A stretch of 46,306 bases of DNA, from assembly GCA_009602725.1 (NCBI GenBank), contig WELB01000032.1:618641-664946 (forward strand), read 5' to 3'. This document shows positions 23,001-35,568 of this stretch, in pieces. Under the pieces are notes generated by a model. It saw nothing but the letters and a program-made list of their open reading frames with translations. It was not told the origin of the DNA and searched no databases. The position numbers were made by a program, and so were the translations under genes. Every line of letters begins with the position of its first letter. Position 1 is the stretch's first letter. This DNA comes from Spirogloea muscicola (taxonomy: Eukaryota).

Positions 23001-24799
23001 AAGGCATACTGACCTGGCAAAAGCAGCTTTGGCCTTCAACTCCACATCAGAGACACTGCTGTGGTAAGCGCCCAGTGCTTCAGCAGCCACTTGACTCTCT
23101 CGATCCTTGATAAGCTCGTCAATCGCTTGAGGAGGTGCGTGTAAACCCCAGTATCGTCGTCTTGCAACCTGCCATACAAGCTCTAAACACAATCATGGCC
23201 TTTTTAACAGCTGCTGTCCAGCAGACTGCAACTTCTGATGCCGCAAGCATGGATCTTATGTTGTCAACACTCAAGACCACACTAGAAGGCAAGCATTGTA
23301 GTGCCAAGCACCAGGCAAAGCAGACCTGATGCTGCCAGGGCTTGGTGACTTGAGGGAAGTAATGGAAGAGCTCAGTCGGCTGCAGCTCTTGGCTCTGGAG
23401 GAAATGATCGACTGCCATGTCAAACTTGAGGTCCTGAAGGCAGAGGAACCCAGCCTCCGCATGGACCGTGCTAACCAGCAGCCGTATAGCCTCCTCGTCC
23501 CTCTCGCCGGAGACGTCATCGCTTGCAGCCACTGCCAAGGCGTCGTCATACTGCCCCCCCTTGACCAGCTCCTTGAGCTGCTCCTCGATGGGCACCTGTG
23601 ATGCACACCACACCTGCAGCGATGCAAGGATGTCAGCATAAATCGAGGCTAGAGCTTGTGAAATGTCGACAAGTCTCACAATGCAGGTCTCGTGCAAGAC
23701 TGACTGCTTAATGGCAGCCGCCACATACTGATGAGGAGGTGGCCAGTGCCAGCAAGCCGGAGGACGCGTCGTCGGCGAGGTGGCAGGGCGTCAACCCTGC
23801 ATCCGGGAACGCGAGGGCCTGCACGAGCCTGCCGGAGTGGCGGTGGTACACGTCCAGGCTTCCCCGCGCAGCCGCACAGACGTAGGGCGCGCTGAAGGCG
23901 ATGGCGTCGGGCACCTGGCGCAGGAGCAGGCTGCCGCCTGCAGGCACGCCCGCGCTGCTCACCACCACCCCAACCTCGTCCAGCAAGAGCAGGACCTCGG
24001 CTGGAGCGAGCACGCGGACCAGCGCGGGAGCCTTGGCGTCCGGAGGCAAAGAGAAGAGGAGCTGAGGAGGGGCAGCCTTGTCCCTCTCGCGGAGCGACAG
24101 CCGGAGGTACGCTGCCGGGGTGCCGAGGAAGAGGGCGTCCGCGACCCAGGCCATGCTCAGCACCTCCTCCACCAGAGGCAGGGCGCGGAGCACGGTGGCG
24201 TTCGCGTCGTTCCTGACGGCCTTGTCGCCCGCGGGCCCTCGCTGGACGGCTATCAGCAGGATCCTCCTGCGGTCCGCCACCGCCAGGAGGCTACGTGCAG
24301 GCACCACCTTGGCGCCGCTTCGGGCGGCCAAGGCAGAGGCGTCTCTGGCTTGTGGCAGAGCGGGCAGCGACCGGCCATTGGCCTCCTCGGCCTGCAGCGG
24401 GACGAGGAAGACCTGGCCGTGGCACAGGGCCGCCACCTGCGCCGCCTCGGCGAGGACGAGCAGGGCCTCAACGGCATGGCGGCCGAGGGAGTGCTGCGCC
24501 ACCAGCCGAGGCAGCGCCTGTTGAGGAGGAAGGGTATGGCCATTATCGTCGCCGTCGGAGTGGCCGTTCCCAACGGCGGAGGCCGACCGCAGAGGCTGCT
24601 CGTCGTCGGAGCCGGCTGCGGTGGTGGCGCAGAGGTAGTGGAGGACGGAGCCGTCGGAGGCGCCGGCGAGGACGAGCGCGAGGCCGGGCGGGGCGGCGGA
24701 GGCGGCGACAGCGATGCAGAGGATGCGCGCGGCGGCGGGGGCGGCGGGCGCCGCCACGGGCGCCAGGCGGAGGGCGGCCGGGGGCGGCGCGCGCGGCAT
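20054..24799 (-). CDS. VPS3: VPS3 / TGFBRAP1 (Vam6/Vps39-like) CORVET subunit
   Basis: The long first exon (23729-24799) is CNH-like. It is followed by VHAEAGFLCLQDLKFDMAVDHFLQS, RRYWGLHAPP, EGVDTLLFHLY, LHTELALAL, LLDMYLRP, and a C-terminal Zn-finger CWVCHARIGTKLFAAYPNDVLVCYPCLRQ. The stop is at 20054-20056, and all traced introns are GT-AG. Confidence 0.9.
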
Positions 24800-24842
24800 G
24801 CCGGCATGGGCCTGCGGCACAGCCAAAACCCCAAGCCCCCTG

Positions 24843-24850
24843 AAACCCTA
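24843..24850 (+). promoter_or_regulatory. Telo-box AAACCCTA between the VPS3 and RPB1 start codons
   Basis: Exact match to the plant telo-box motif, with a degenerate AAAACCCC just upstream. Confidence 0.5.
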
Positions 24851-24987
24851 GTCTCCGCGCGGCCAGCCAGGGCCCCCCCGCCACTGCACCCGACGGCTAT
24901 TCATTAGATGGGACTGCGGTCGCCCCTCGCCGTTCAGAAGGCTCGCTGGAACGNTCCGCCGCCGCCGCGCCCCCGCCGCTCGCCGCC

Positions 24988-27900
24988 ATGGACCAGCGGT
25001 TCACCTTCTCGCCGGCGCGCCTGGCCAAGGTCCGGGCCGTGCAGTTCAGCATCCTGAGCCCCGACGAGATCGTAAGCCGTCCTCCCCCGCCCCCCTGCCA
25101 GCTCCCTTCTCATGATCACCGTACCCCTTCGGGCCTTCTGCTCGGACTCACGCCCGGAAAGCGCCTTCTGAAGCGGCCCGACGCCGTCGTCTGGCTGCCA
25201 TGGTGTGCAGCGGCAGATGTCTGTGTGCAAGGTGGAGAGCAGCGACACGTTTGACCGGGGCAAAGCGAAGCTCGGGGGCCTCAGCGACCCCCGCCTGGGC
25301 ACCATCGACCGCCAGGTCAAGTGCGAGACTTGCGGGGGCTCCATGGCCGAGTGCCCGGGCCACTTTGGGCACCTGGAGCTGGCCAAGCCCATGTTCCACA
25401 TCGGCTACCTCAAGAAGGTCCTGGCCATCCTGCGATGCGTCTGCTTCAACTGTTCCCGCCTTCTGGCGGACGAGGTGAGCTTCCGCTGCCACGGACGACG
25501 ACTCTGTCCATCGAGTACCCCAGGCTTGCCATCCACTCTGCCACCTCACAGCTGCCTTGCAGAGGACTCATGCCCGGGCCGCCACCTGCTCTGCAGGATG
25601 ATCACAACTTCAAGCTGGCAAAACGAGTGCGGCAGCCAAAGCAGCGTCTGCGCAAGATGATGGACTGCTGCAAGAACAAGACCGTTTGTGAAGGCGGGGA
25701 CGACATCGACGAGGACCAGGCGATGGCTGATGGCGCTGATGCAGGAGGGGGGGTTGAAACGAAAGGGAAGCGTCACGGAGGCTGTGGTGCTCAGCAGCCC
25801 AAGTATACAGTGGATGGCATGAAGATCGTAGCTGAATTCAAGATCAGTGGCAAGCGCAGCGAGGAGCAAGAGCAGTACATGCCTGAGCCGGCTGAGCGAA
25901 AGCAGCAGCTGGGAGCTGACAAGGTCCAGTAGGCAACCCCTTCCTTCTGGACTGGCAAGGGTTTCCTGTTGCGGTTCTCTCTTTCTCCACCTACTGTAGC
26001 GCATGCTCTTCTGTGACCTTGACATGGGAAAACCCTATTTTAGGTTTTGCTGTAACTGGAGTACTTCACTAGCTGGAAGAGGAGTCCTAAATTGAGTCTC
26101 ATGTGTCATATAGGTGCTGAACATTCTCAAACGGATCAGCGACGCAGACAGTGAGCTTCTGGGACTCAACCCTAGATTTGCCAGGCCGGATTGGCTCATA
26201 CTTCAGGTCCTGCCAATACCACCTCCTCCAGTACGCCCATCTGTTATGATGGACAGCTCAGCCCGATCCGAGGTATGATCTCTGGCCCATTGCGCAAGTA
26301 TTCTTATTGACAAGTATATGTGTGCTGATTTGATTGACTCGATTCGTGATGCTCAAAGACGTGGTCTGACAGATCATGATGACTTGATACTCATGCCGTC
26401 AAGAATATTGCCAGCAAAGATCCCTAGCAACTATTGACCAGAGTTGCAATGTAATGCTTCTGCAGGACGACCTGACACATCAGCTGGCGATGATTGTACG
26501 ACACAACGACAACCTCAGGCGCCAGGAGCAGAACGGCGCTCCTACGCATGTTATCAATGAGTTTGTCCAGCTCCTACAGTTCCATATCGCCACATACTTT
26601 GACAACGATCTGCCCGGTCAGCCAAGGGTAGGGCCATTCTCCTAAGGCTGCCTCTCGATGCTCACACACAGTGCCCATGATCCTGTGTGTCATCTATTGG
26701 AAGGTCCTTGTCTGCCCATCATTTTGTATTTGTTGAGGGTCGATGCAGGCCACACAGCGTTCAGGTCGACCTATAAAGTCCATCTGCCAGCGGCTGAAGG
26801 CCAAGGAGGGCCGCATACGGGGCAATCTGATGGGGAAGCGCGTGGACTTCTCAGCCCGCACTGTCATCACTCCTGATCCAACCATCAACATTGATGAGCT
26901 TGGGGTACCTTGGAGCATCGCCCTCAACCTGACTTATCCAGAGACCGTTACACCTTACAACATTGAGAGGTGAGCTGGCAAGCATGAGTGGTGAATTGCT
27001 GTTTGTGTGATTGGAGGGGCACTCAAGGATCAATCCGTGGCCTTAACATCCTTGTTAAGTGCCATTGCTGCAGGTTGAAAGAGCTGGTGGAGAATGGCCC
27101 ACATCCGCCACCAGGGAAGACTGGTGCTCGATATATAATCCGTGAAGATGGCCAACGCTTGGACTTGCGATTCTTAAAGAAGACAAGTGATCGACATCTT
27201 GAGATTGGCTACAAGGTGCCAATTGAACCCTGTGTTGTGTACATATTGGCATTCTCTCATCTATTGTGTCCCTTGCTGAGCGTGTTCATCCTGTACAGCC
27301 TGGGAATTGGGCACAGATCTGTGCACAGAGTTGTTTGCTTTGCTGCCGTTGGCAAGAGATACAAGACATGCCATGCGTTTGTGATTGGACGAATTTGCAC
27401 GGGAGTGCCATCCATAGGCTTCTCTGACCCCAAGGGGCTTGGAGTCAAGCTCTGACATTGAGGCTGATGGCTTAGGCTACGTGGATCGGTCATAGCTCGA
27501 AGTGTATGTCATGACATTACAACACAGCTGTTGCATTCTTATTCGTGAAGGTCAGGAGCCCTGGTCTGTGAGAGCTGTGCGCAGGTAGAGAGGCACTTGG
27601 TTGAGGGTGATTTGGTGCTGTTCAACAGACAACCAAGTCTGCACAAGATGTCCATCATGGGTCATCGAATTCGAATTATGCCATGGAGCACATTTCGGCT
27701 CAACCTCTCTGTCACCACACCGTACAATGCGGACTTTGACGGGGACGAGATGAATATGCACGTGTGCCAAACTTTCGAGACCCGTGCTGAAGTGACAGAG
27801 CTCATGGCAGTACCAAAGTGCGTTGTGTCTCCGCAATCTAATAGGCCAGTTATTGGTATCGTGCAAGACTCCCTCTTGGGCTCACGCAAAATCACAAAGC

Positions 27901-30900
27901 GTGACACATTCATTGAGAAAGACGTTTTCATGAATATCCTCATGTGGTGGGAGGATTTTGAAGGGAAGGTGCCAACACCTGCCATTTTGAAGCCCATGCC
28001 CTTATGGACAGGGAAACAGGTCTTTAGCCTAATAATACCAAGACCTATCAACCTCATTCGCACATGCGCTTGGCACCCCGACAAGGAGCCTGGGCATGCC
28101 TCCCCAGGTGACACCCTGGTTCGGATTGAGCGAGGAGAACTAGTCACTGGCATCATCTGCAAGCGCACAGTTGGAACATCCGGTGGCTCCCTCATTCACG
28201 TCATCTGGTGAAGGTCCCAGCCTTATGGAGATTCTTCGCACTCATCCCTTGGTTGTTGAATAGTCTTATTGTCAAGTTCTTTGACAAGCCCACATGAATC
28301 TGAGCATCTTGGCTGTATGTTCTACCAGGGAGGAAGTAGGACCAGATGCGGCACGCAAATTCCTTGGACATGTACAGTGGCTTGTGAATTATTGGCTGCT
28401 GCAAGAGGGCTTTAGCATTGGGATTGGAGACACAATTGCAGATGCAGGCACCATGGAGACCATCAATGAGACAATTGCCCGTGCAAAGGGTGAGGTTAAA
28501 GAACTTATCAAAAAGGCACAGGATCGGGAGTTGGAAGCTCAACCTGGTCGAACGATGATGGAATCTTTCGAGAATCGGGTCAATCAGGTAAGCAAGAAGC
28601 ACCTCTTACCATTCTCTCTAGTGGCAAGTCATGGTGTGACATACTATATATGCACGTATAAGTGAACGCAAATGCTGCAGCCTGAAGCAATATGCATGCG
28701 TTCACCTGTGTAAGCTACTGATGAGCAGCTGTTTCCTACTGAGCAGGTCTTGAACAAGGCCAGAGATGATGCTGGTGCAAGTGCTCAGAAGAGTCTGTCA
28801 GAGAGCAACAATGTGAAGGCAATGGTCACGGCTGGCAGCAAGGGGTCTTTCATCAACATCTCGCAAATGATTGCCTGCGTAGGGCAGCAGAATGTGGAAG
28901 GCAAGCGCATACCCTATGGGTTTGTGGATAGGACGCTGCCGCACTTCACAAAAGATGACTATGGGCCAGAGAGCCGTGGATTTGTGGAAAATTCGTACCT
29001 ACGTGGACTCACACCTCAGGAATTCTTTTTTCATGCTATGGGTGGCCGAGAGGGCCTCATTGACACTGCTGTGAAGACATCTGAAACTGGGTATATACAG
29101 GTTGGTAGCTAGTGCATCCTGCATTTGTGCCTCTTGCCTTGAGTCTTGTTGCACTGGCTGATATTTTGAAGTGGTTTTGGCATAGCTTTCCTTGATGTCT
29201 TGATCTGACAGCACCTGGTTTGCTATGCAGCGACGACTTGTGAAAGCTATGGAGGATGTAATGGTCCGCTATGACGGCACAGTACGCAACTCGCTGGGGG
29301 ATGTCATCCAGTTTCTTTATGGCGAAGACGGCATGGATGCTGTTTGGATTGAATCACAGACAGTGGACAGCATACGCATTGATCGCAAGAAGTTCGATCG
29401 GCTTTATCGTTTTGAGTTGGATTCTCCCGGCTGGAATCCATCTTACCTGCCTACAGAATATGCAGAGGACATGAAGAACGTGCCAGAGCTGCGCTTGGTG
29501 CTGGATGCGGAGGTTCGTCAGCTGGAGGAGGACCGTGAGGTGCTCTGCACAACAGTTGCGCCGTCATTAGATACCAATTGGCCTCTGCCAGTCAACCTCA
29601 AGCGCCTCATTTGGAATGCCCAGAAGATATTTAAGCTTGACTTTACCCGCCAGGTGGACATGTATCCAATGGATGTCATTGACGCCGTCGACAACCTCGT
29701 CGATAAACTCAAGGTTTGCCTTCCCTCAAACTTTCAACCATCAGCCCCTCTGCTCCATAAGCAAAGGCTAATACAAAGCCTTGTAAACAATGTTGCCTAT
29801 TATTCTGTGAGACCTCAGCGCTTCGGGATGTTTGCCTGTTGGACTGATTACCTTTGGCGTAAATGGACGATGGCCTCTGTCAATTTCCACTGCTTTGGAA
29901 GAAGTATGCGATTGCTTTGCAGATGGACAGCTTGTCTGGCAGTCGTGTGAGCATATGCAAGTGTGTCATGGTTGCGCAGGTTGTTGTTGGTCAAGACGCT
30001 ATCAGCGTGGAAGCGCAGCGCAATGCCACGCTGTTCTTTTGCTGCTTGCTGCGGTCCACCTTGGCAAGCAAGCGGGTCTTGGAGGAGTACAGGCTATCCC
30101 GTGAGGCCCTGGAGTGGGTTGTCGGGGAGGTGGAGTCTCGCTTCTTGCAGGCCATAGTGGCACCTGGGGAGATGATTGGCTGTGTGGCGGCGCAGAGCAT
30201 TGGGGAGCCTGCTACGCAGATGACTCTCAACACATTCCACTACGCTGGTGTGAGCGCCAAGAACGTCACTCTTGGAGTACCTCGCTTGCGGGAGATCATC
30301 AACGTCGCGAAGAAGACAAAGACGCCATCCTTGTCTGTCTATTTGAAGCCTGAGGTGGGTCGCTTTGACACGGGTGATAAAGTGGCTGAGACTGCTGCAA
30401 AGGAGCGCGCGAAGAGCGTGCAAGTGCAGCTGGAGTACACCACTCTGCGTAGTGTAACTCAGGCAACAGAGATTTGGTATGATCCAGACCCCACGTCCAC
30501 AGTCATTGAGGAGGATGCCGAGACTGTCCGATCCTACTATGAGATGCCAGATGAGGGAGTGTCTGTGGAGCGCATGTCACCCTGGCTGCTCCGCATAGAG
30601 CTCAACCGAGAGATGATGGTTGACAAGAAGCTCACTATGGAAGCCATTGGTGAGAAGATCAATCAAGAGTGGTCGGACGACCTTACGTGTATCTTCAGTG
30701 ACGATAATGCGGAGAAGCTCATTCTCCGCGTGCGCATCATGAATGAGGAGGCAGCCAAGGGCGATGCTGCTGCAGAGCAGGCAGACGATGATGTATTTTT
30801 GAAGAAGATTGAGAGCAACATGCTCACAGAGATGAGCCTTCGCGGAATTGAAGAGATTCGCAAGGTTTTCATCCGTGCTGCTAAGCGGAACCTCTTTGAT

Positions 30901-32859
30901 GATGACCGAGGAGTACGCACAGAGGAGGAGTGGATGCTGGACACGGAGGGTGTGGCTCTCCTGGCTGTCATGTGCTATGAGGAAGTCGATGCTACTCGCA
31001 CAACAAGGTAAATGCTGTAAAATGCTGTCCGTCACAGTGCTCAACTCTGTAGATTCAATGGAAGCTCGTGCTCAGTCATCTCGGCATGCTTCAAGGCTCT
31101 CCCACTGGACTGTGTAGTGAGTGTGAGAGCAAGATCATTAGTGGGCTGCCAGCCTGTGCTGATTGTCTGCGGTTTTGTTTCTACATGCAGCAATCACCTG
31201 CTGGAGGTCATTGAGGCGCTTGGCATTGAAGCTGTGCGGCACTCTCTGCTGAAAGAGCTGCGTGATGTCATCTCATTTGATGGTTCGTATGTGAACTACC
31301 GGCACCTGGCCATCCTCTGTGATATCATGACGTACCGCGGCCACCTGATGTCAATCACCCGCCACGGCATCAACCGCAATGACACAGGGCCTATGATGCG
31401 ATGCTCCTTCGAGGAGACTGTTGATATCTTACTGGACGCAGCCATTTATGCTGAATCAGACCCCTTGCGCGGCGTCACTGAAAACATCATGCTGGGCCAG
31501 CTTGCACCAATCGGGACTGGCCTGTTTGGGCTGCACCTTGACGAGCCTATGCTGCAGCATGCCATTGAGTTGCAGTTACCCTCATACATGGATGCCAGCC
31601 AGGGAGGGGGGATGACTCCCTCGCGTGCCGGGATGACGCCGCACCACGACATGATGGCTATGTCCCCGTCCTATCTACTCAGCCCCAACGCGCGCGCTTC
31701 TCCAATGGGAATGAACACGGCGCAGTTCTCCCCTTACGTTGGCGGCATGGCCTTCTCTCCCTCTGCGTCGCCGTACAGCCCAGCCTCCCCTGGCTACAGC
31801 CCCACCTCGCCCGGCTACAGCCCCACATCGCCTGGCTACAGCCCCACATCGCCGACCTACAGCCCCACCTCGCCTGGCTACTCTCCTACCAGCCCGTCCT
31901 ACAGCCCGACGTCGCCCTCCTACAACCCCACTTCTCCCTCCTACAGCCCCACGTCTCCTAGCTACAGCCCGACTTCTCCCTCATATAGTCCAACATCGCC
32001 CTCATACAGCCCTACCTCTCCGTCGTACAGCCCGACGTCTCCTTCTTATAGCCCCACATCTCCTTCCTACAGTCCCACATCGCCCTCTTACAGCCCAACC
32101 TCGCCATCCTACAGCCCCACTTCTCCCTCCTACAGCCCCACGTCACCCTCCTACAGCCCAACGTCACCCTCTTACAGCCCCACTTCCCCCACCTACAGCC
32201 CGACGTCACCAACTTATAGCCCCACATCTCCAAGCTACAGTCCAACATCGCCAGCGTACAGCCCCGCATCGCCAACGTACAGCCCCACTTCGCCTAGCTA
32301 CAGCCCAACATCGCCCAGCTATAGCCCAACATCACCCACGTACAGCCCAACCTCTCCAAGCTACAGCCCTACATCACCGCAATATACGCCGAGCAATCCT
32401 CAATACTCGCCCTCCAGCCCTACATATAGCCCCACATCACCAGCATACAGGTGAGTGATGAAACTCGACGATTGCACATGATCCTCCTTGATTGGTCATC
32501 ACTTTGCTTGTGCAATGGCTGATTGCATACAAATTGCCATATGCAGCAACTTTGACGTAGTTGCTTGTATCATTGGTGTATGAATTACAGCCCCAGCTCA
32601 CCTGCGTACTCGCCAACTTCTCCTTCGTATTCTCCGGCTAGTGCAACATATAGTCCTGCCTCTTTCACATACTCTCCTACAAGGTCAGGCAACTGTGGCT
32701 TGTATCAATAAATTCTGCTGTGCTTGCCAGTCAATACTACTGTGTGTGCATGTGCAAGATCCTGTGCAAATTCAGCATTCTGACCTTTACGCGGTGGTGC
32801 TCATTTGCAGTCCAAATCCTTCACCAGCTGGGCAAGAGAGGTGCAGTTGTGCTCCTTAA
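24988..32859 (+). CDS. RPB1: DNA-directed RNA polymerase II largest subunit
   Basis: Contains [42 protein letters not shown], the catalytic [11 protein letters not shown] (~27722-27755), bridge helix [17 protein letters not shown], trigger loop [12 protein letters not shown], and a YSPTSPS CTD. The last exons are 32591-32683 and 32811-32859 (final exon tentative). Confidence 0.99.
31774..32683 (+). repeat. 21-bp coding tandem repeat: Pol II CTD heptads
   Basis: 31774-32445 is 672 nt, or 32 heptads. About 5 more follow the intron at 32451-32590. Confidence 0.97.
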
Positions 32860-33899
32860 AGTAGAAACCATGGAGGGAGGATCTACTTCATCATTTGCTT
32901 GCTTATGTTGCCGACACCCATGTGCTTATGTGTATGTTCTATGGCTGCATGCTAAGACTGGTCTGTGATTTATGCACTTGGGGCATTTATCTTGTCAGTG
33001 GCTCGCTTGCTGTGTGATCAATAACGCGTACTTATGTATATGGTGTATTATTACTGGCTGCAGTGCAACGAAAATCGAGGATGGCTCAAAGTGATTGGAT
33101 CACGTGCCGGCATCTACAGCTCAGTGGAGCATGGTGTGTGAGGGCTGCTGCTGGTGGGCATGACGCGTCTCCAATACACTCATGGAACAGACCTCTTTTG
33201 TCTTGTCCGCCACCTCCGGAACATATGTAGAGGTGTGGGAAGTGCACAGGCGCTACTTGAGCCTGCTTCACGAGTTCTTGAGAGCCTCCATAATTGCAGT
33301 GGGGTTTGATCCCCTGCACGACTTAACCTGAACTCAGGGTTCTGCCTTTTGGCTCTTGAGCAATTTTGGTTGTATGGTTACGGTTGCATTGTGCCGTCGT
33401 TGTCCTGCTTAGCACTCTGTGTATTCTTTTAAGGCAAGCTGCTCACAACCACCTGCCTTCATACGCGTTTTGCCTTTGATCAGCCTCCCAGGCGTGCTCT
33501 AGCAGCAGTCAAGGATATGCAGTAGGCGCCTCCCACCCTTCTCCCATTGTGTCCAGCTTGCGGCTGCTGCCCATGGAGCAACTGTGTCCATTGTGGCTTG
33601 CTAGACTCCTGTGGGGAGTCCTTCCAACTGCCATGCCAACTCTCTGCGTCTGCCCAGTTTTTTCTGGCTGGCTCATCCCAGAGCAAACGTCTCAACCTAG
33701 AGCCCAGTTCCTATGGAGGAGCTTGCGTCTTGAATAGGCAAGAAAAGCGAGCATTGCGAGGAATGCTAGCCTAGACGATGCTCTCGGTCTTTCGCCTCGC
33801 CTGCTGGTTTTGCTCGCCCACCACTCTCCGTTTTCTTGGGCTGGCCTCCCAGCTTGAGCTTGTCGATTGCCGTCCGGTGTTCGGGCATCAGTTAGCGAC

Positions 33900-33998
33900 C
33901 TCTATGTGCTGACTCGTGGTTACTGAGCGGGTCAGCTTAGCAGCAGGTGATGTACATATGTCAATATGCTTACCTTTGTACTTGGCCTCACAGGCCCT
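33900..33998 (+). repeat. ~99-bp repeat, copy A
   Basis: ctctatgtgctgactcgtgg...cttggcctcacaggccct has about 9 differences from the reverse complement of 34798-34896. Confidence 0.9.
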
Positions 33999-34797
33999 GT
34001 ATCTCTTGATACTCACTCCATTCCAGCCGTCCTCTCGCCGTCCTTCTCTGAATGTCGGGCAATTGGTGGCGATCTTCACCTTCGGATGCCTTCCATCCGC
34101 TTTTTCGACAGGCCGCCGAGGGATTGGCCGTTGTTTCTGTCGCGCCTTGCGATTGCCTCTGCATATGGACGGGGCAATCTTTGCCATGTTTCCTGGATAT
34201 AACTCCAACTTGCGGCTGTCGACAAGAGCTTATTGAGCACCCGTTTGTGAAAGCCAATTGAGTAGCTGCTTGGTTTGTGCTGTCCGGCCCCCTTCGGACC
34301 TTGTCCACTCCTTTTGGCTTGTCCATTTTTCATAGCCATCGCCTTACTTCAGAAACCTGCTTGTTTCGGCTTGTTCATTCATTTCCCCTACTGAGCCCAC
34401 ACCTCAGGTCAGAGAAGGTAGTCTCCAAAGAGTGGGTCCCCTGTCTATAGCTAGAGGCTGCAGCCAAAGCGCGACCGGCACGCAGATGCAACGTGTGTGC
34501 CATTGACCGCTGCGGACATACTAACAGGCGCATGTTATACACATGAGCACAGAGAGCCTACCGTGTTGATATCGGCCTGCTGCCCCTTGGGCTGGCCATT
34601 GCTCCCTGTGGAAGAGCTCCTTGCAGCTCGAACGTTGTTCACTCCTTTTCCTAGGCTGGCCAGCTAAAGCCATTGCCCTCTACTGGAAGAGCCTTTCTCT
34701 CCTTTCTCTTCGTGGCTTGCTGCTCCAGTCGGGACTTGAAGTGTGTGAACAGTTCTTTCTTTCGAACAGTGCAATGGGTGCGCTGAGTGTGTTGAGG

Positions 34798-34896
34798 AGG
34801 GCCTGAGTGGCCAAGTACAAAGGCAAGCACATTGACATATGCACATCACCCCTGCTAACCTGACCCGCTCAGTAACCCACGAGTCAGCACATAGAG
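34798..34896 (-). repeat. ~99-bp repeat, copy B (inverted relative to A and C)
   Basis: agggcctgagtggccaagtacaaagg...gagtcagcacatagag is the reverse complement of copy A. Confidence 0.9.
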
Positions 34897-35208
34897 ACGA
34901 AGAGTCTTCCGGTCGAGGGCCAAGCCCAGAAGGAACGAGCGAACAACTGCTCCAGTTATAACGTCCCGCCCCACGTGGCGGTGTCGGTGGGCCGGTGCCC
35001 CGGGCGGCCGCCCTGAGCAGGATGAAGTTGGTCGGGGCCGCCGAGCTGTGGCGGCCCGCGACAGACTGCAGCCCCAGCGCCGCCGCCGCCGCCGCCGCCG
35101 CCGCCGTCATGTGCGGCCCTGGCGCCGCCGGGCCCCGCCGGAGCTCCCGCCGCTGCGCCGGCGAGGCGATGAGCCGCCGCCGCCGCCGCCGCCATTGAGC
35201 AGCTCGCA

Positions 35209-35282
35209 GCAGGTCAGCTCAGCAGCAGGTGATACGCATCTGCCGATGTGCTTGCCACTGTGCCTGGCCACTCAGGCCCTCC
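35209..35282 (+). repeat. Diverged partial copy C of the same repeat
   Basis: gcaggtcagctcagcagcaggtgat...tggccactcaggccctcc aligns to the 3' three-quarters of A and B. Confidence 0.8.
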
Positions 35283-35568
35283 ATCACTCACCACACATTC
35301 CATGGCCTGCACCGACTCACTGGCACCGCGCGAGCCGCTTGCCAGATTGGGGTATTGGCTTGCCGAGGCGGCGGCAGCCACCGGCGGGCGGGCGGTGGCG
35401 GCGGCCGCCCGGTCACAGGCCCCATCATTTCAACGCCGCTGCCGTGGCGGGCCCGTTGCCGATGCTCTCCGCCGTGCGCGCTTCTCTGGGCCGGCACTCG
35501 AGGCTCCGAGGCCACCAGGCCGCCGTCGTGGCCTTGGCCGCCGCCCGACGCCGCCGGCTGAGCCAGCT

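Noticed and set aside
23780..24907. Long antisense and alternate-frame ORFs (also 4535-5506, 25546-26025, 31739-32458)
   Set aside because: They are shadows of GC-rich real exons or of the CTD repeat, with Arg/Pro/Gly-rich low-complexity translations.
26273..26465. TGATGA and CTGA motifs in an RPB1 intron suggesting a C/D snoRNA
   Set aside because: The boxes are in the wrong order and spacing, and there is no terminal stem.
31774..32445. Regular 21-bp repeat array that might be mistaken for CRISPR or satellite DNA
   Set aside because: It has no spacers and varies at synonymous positions. It encodes the Pol II CTD.
33117..33325. A-box-like AGCTCAGTGG and B-box-like GGTTTGATCCC (tRNA/SINE)
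   Set aside because: The boxes are about 180 bp apart and no cloverleaf can be formed.
33923..33973. 51-nt intron-like module (GTAAGC..CTGAC..CAG, minus strand; GC donor in copy B) inside the repeat
   Set aside because: It is much shorter than the introns traced in the real genes, and the flanking frames give no recognisable protein.
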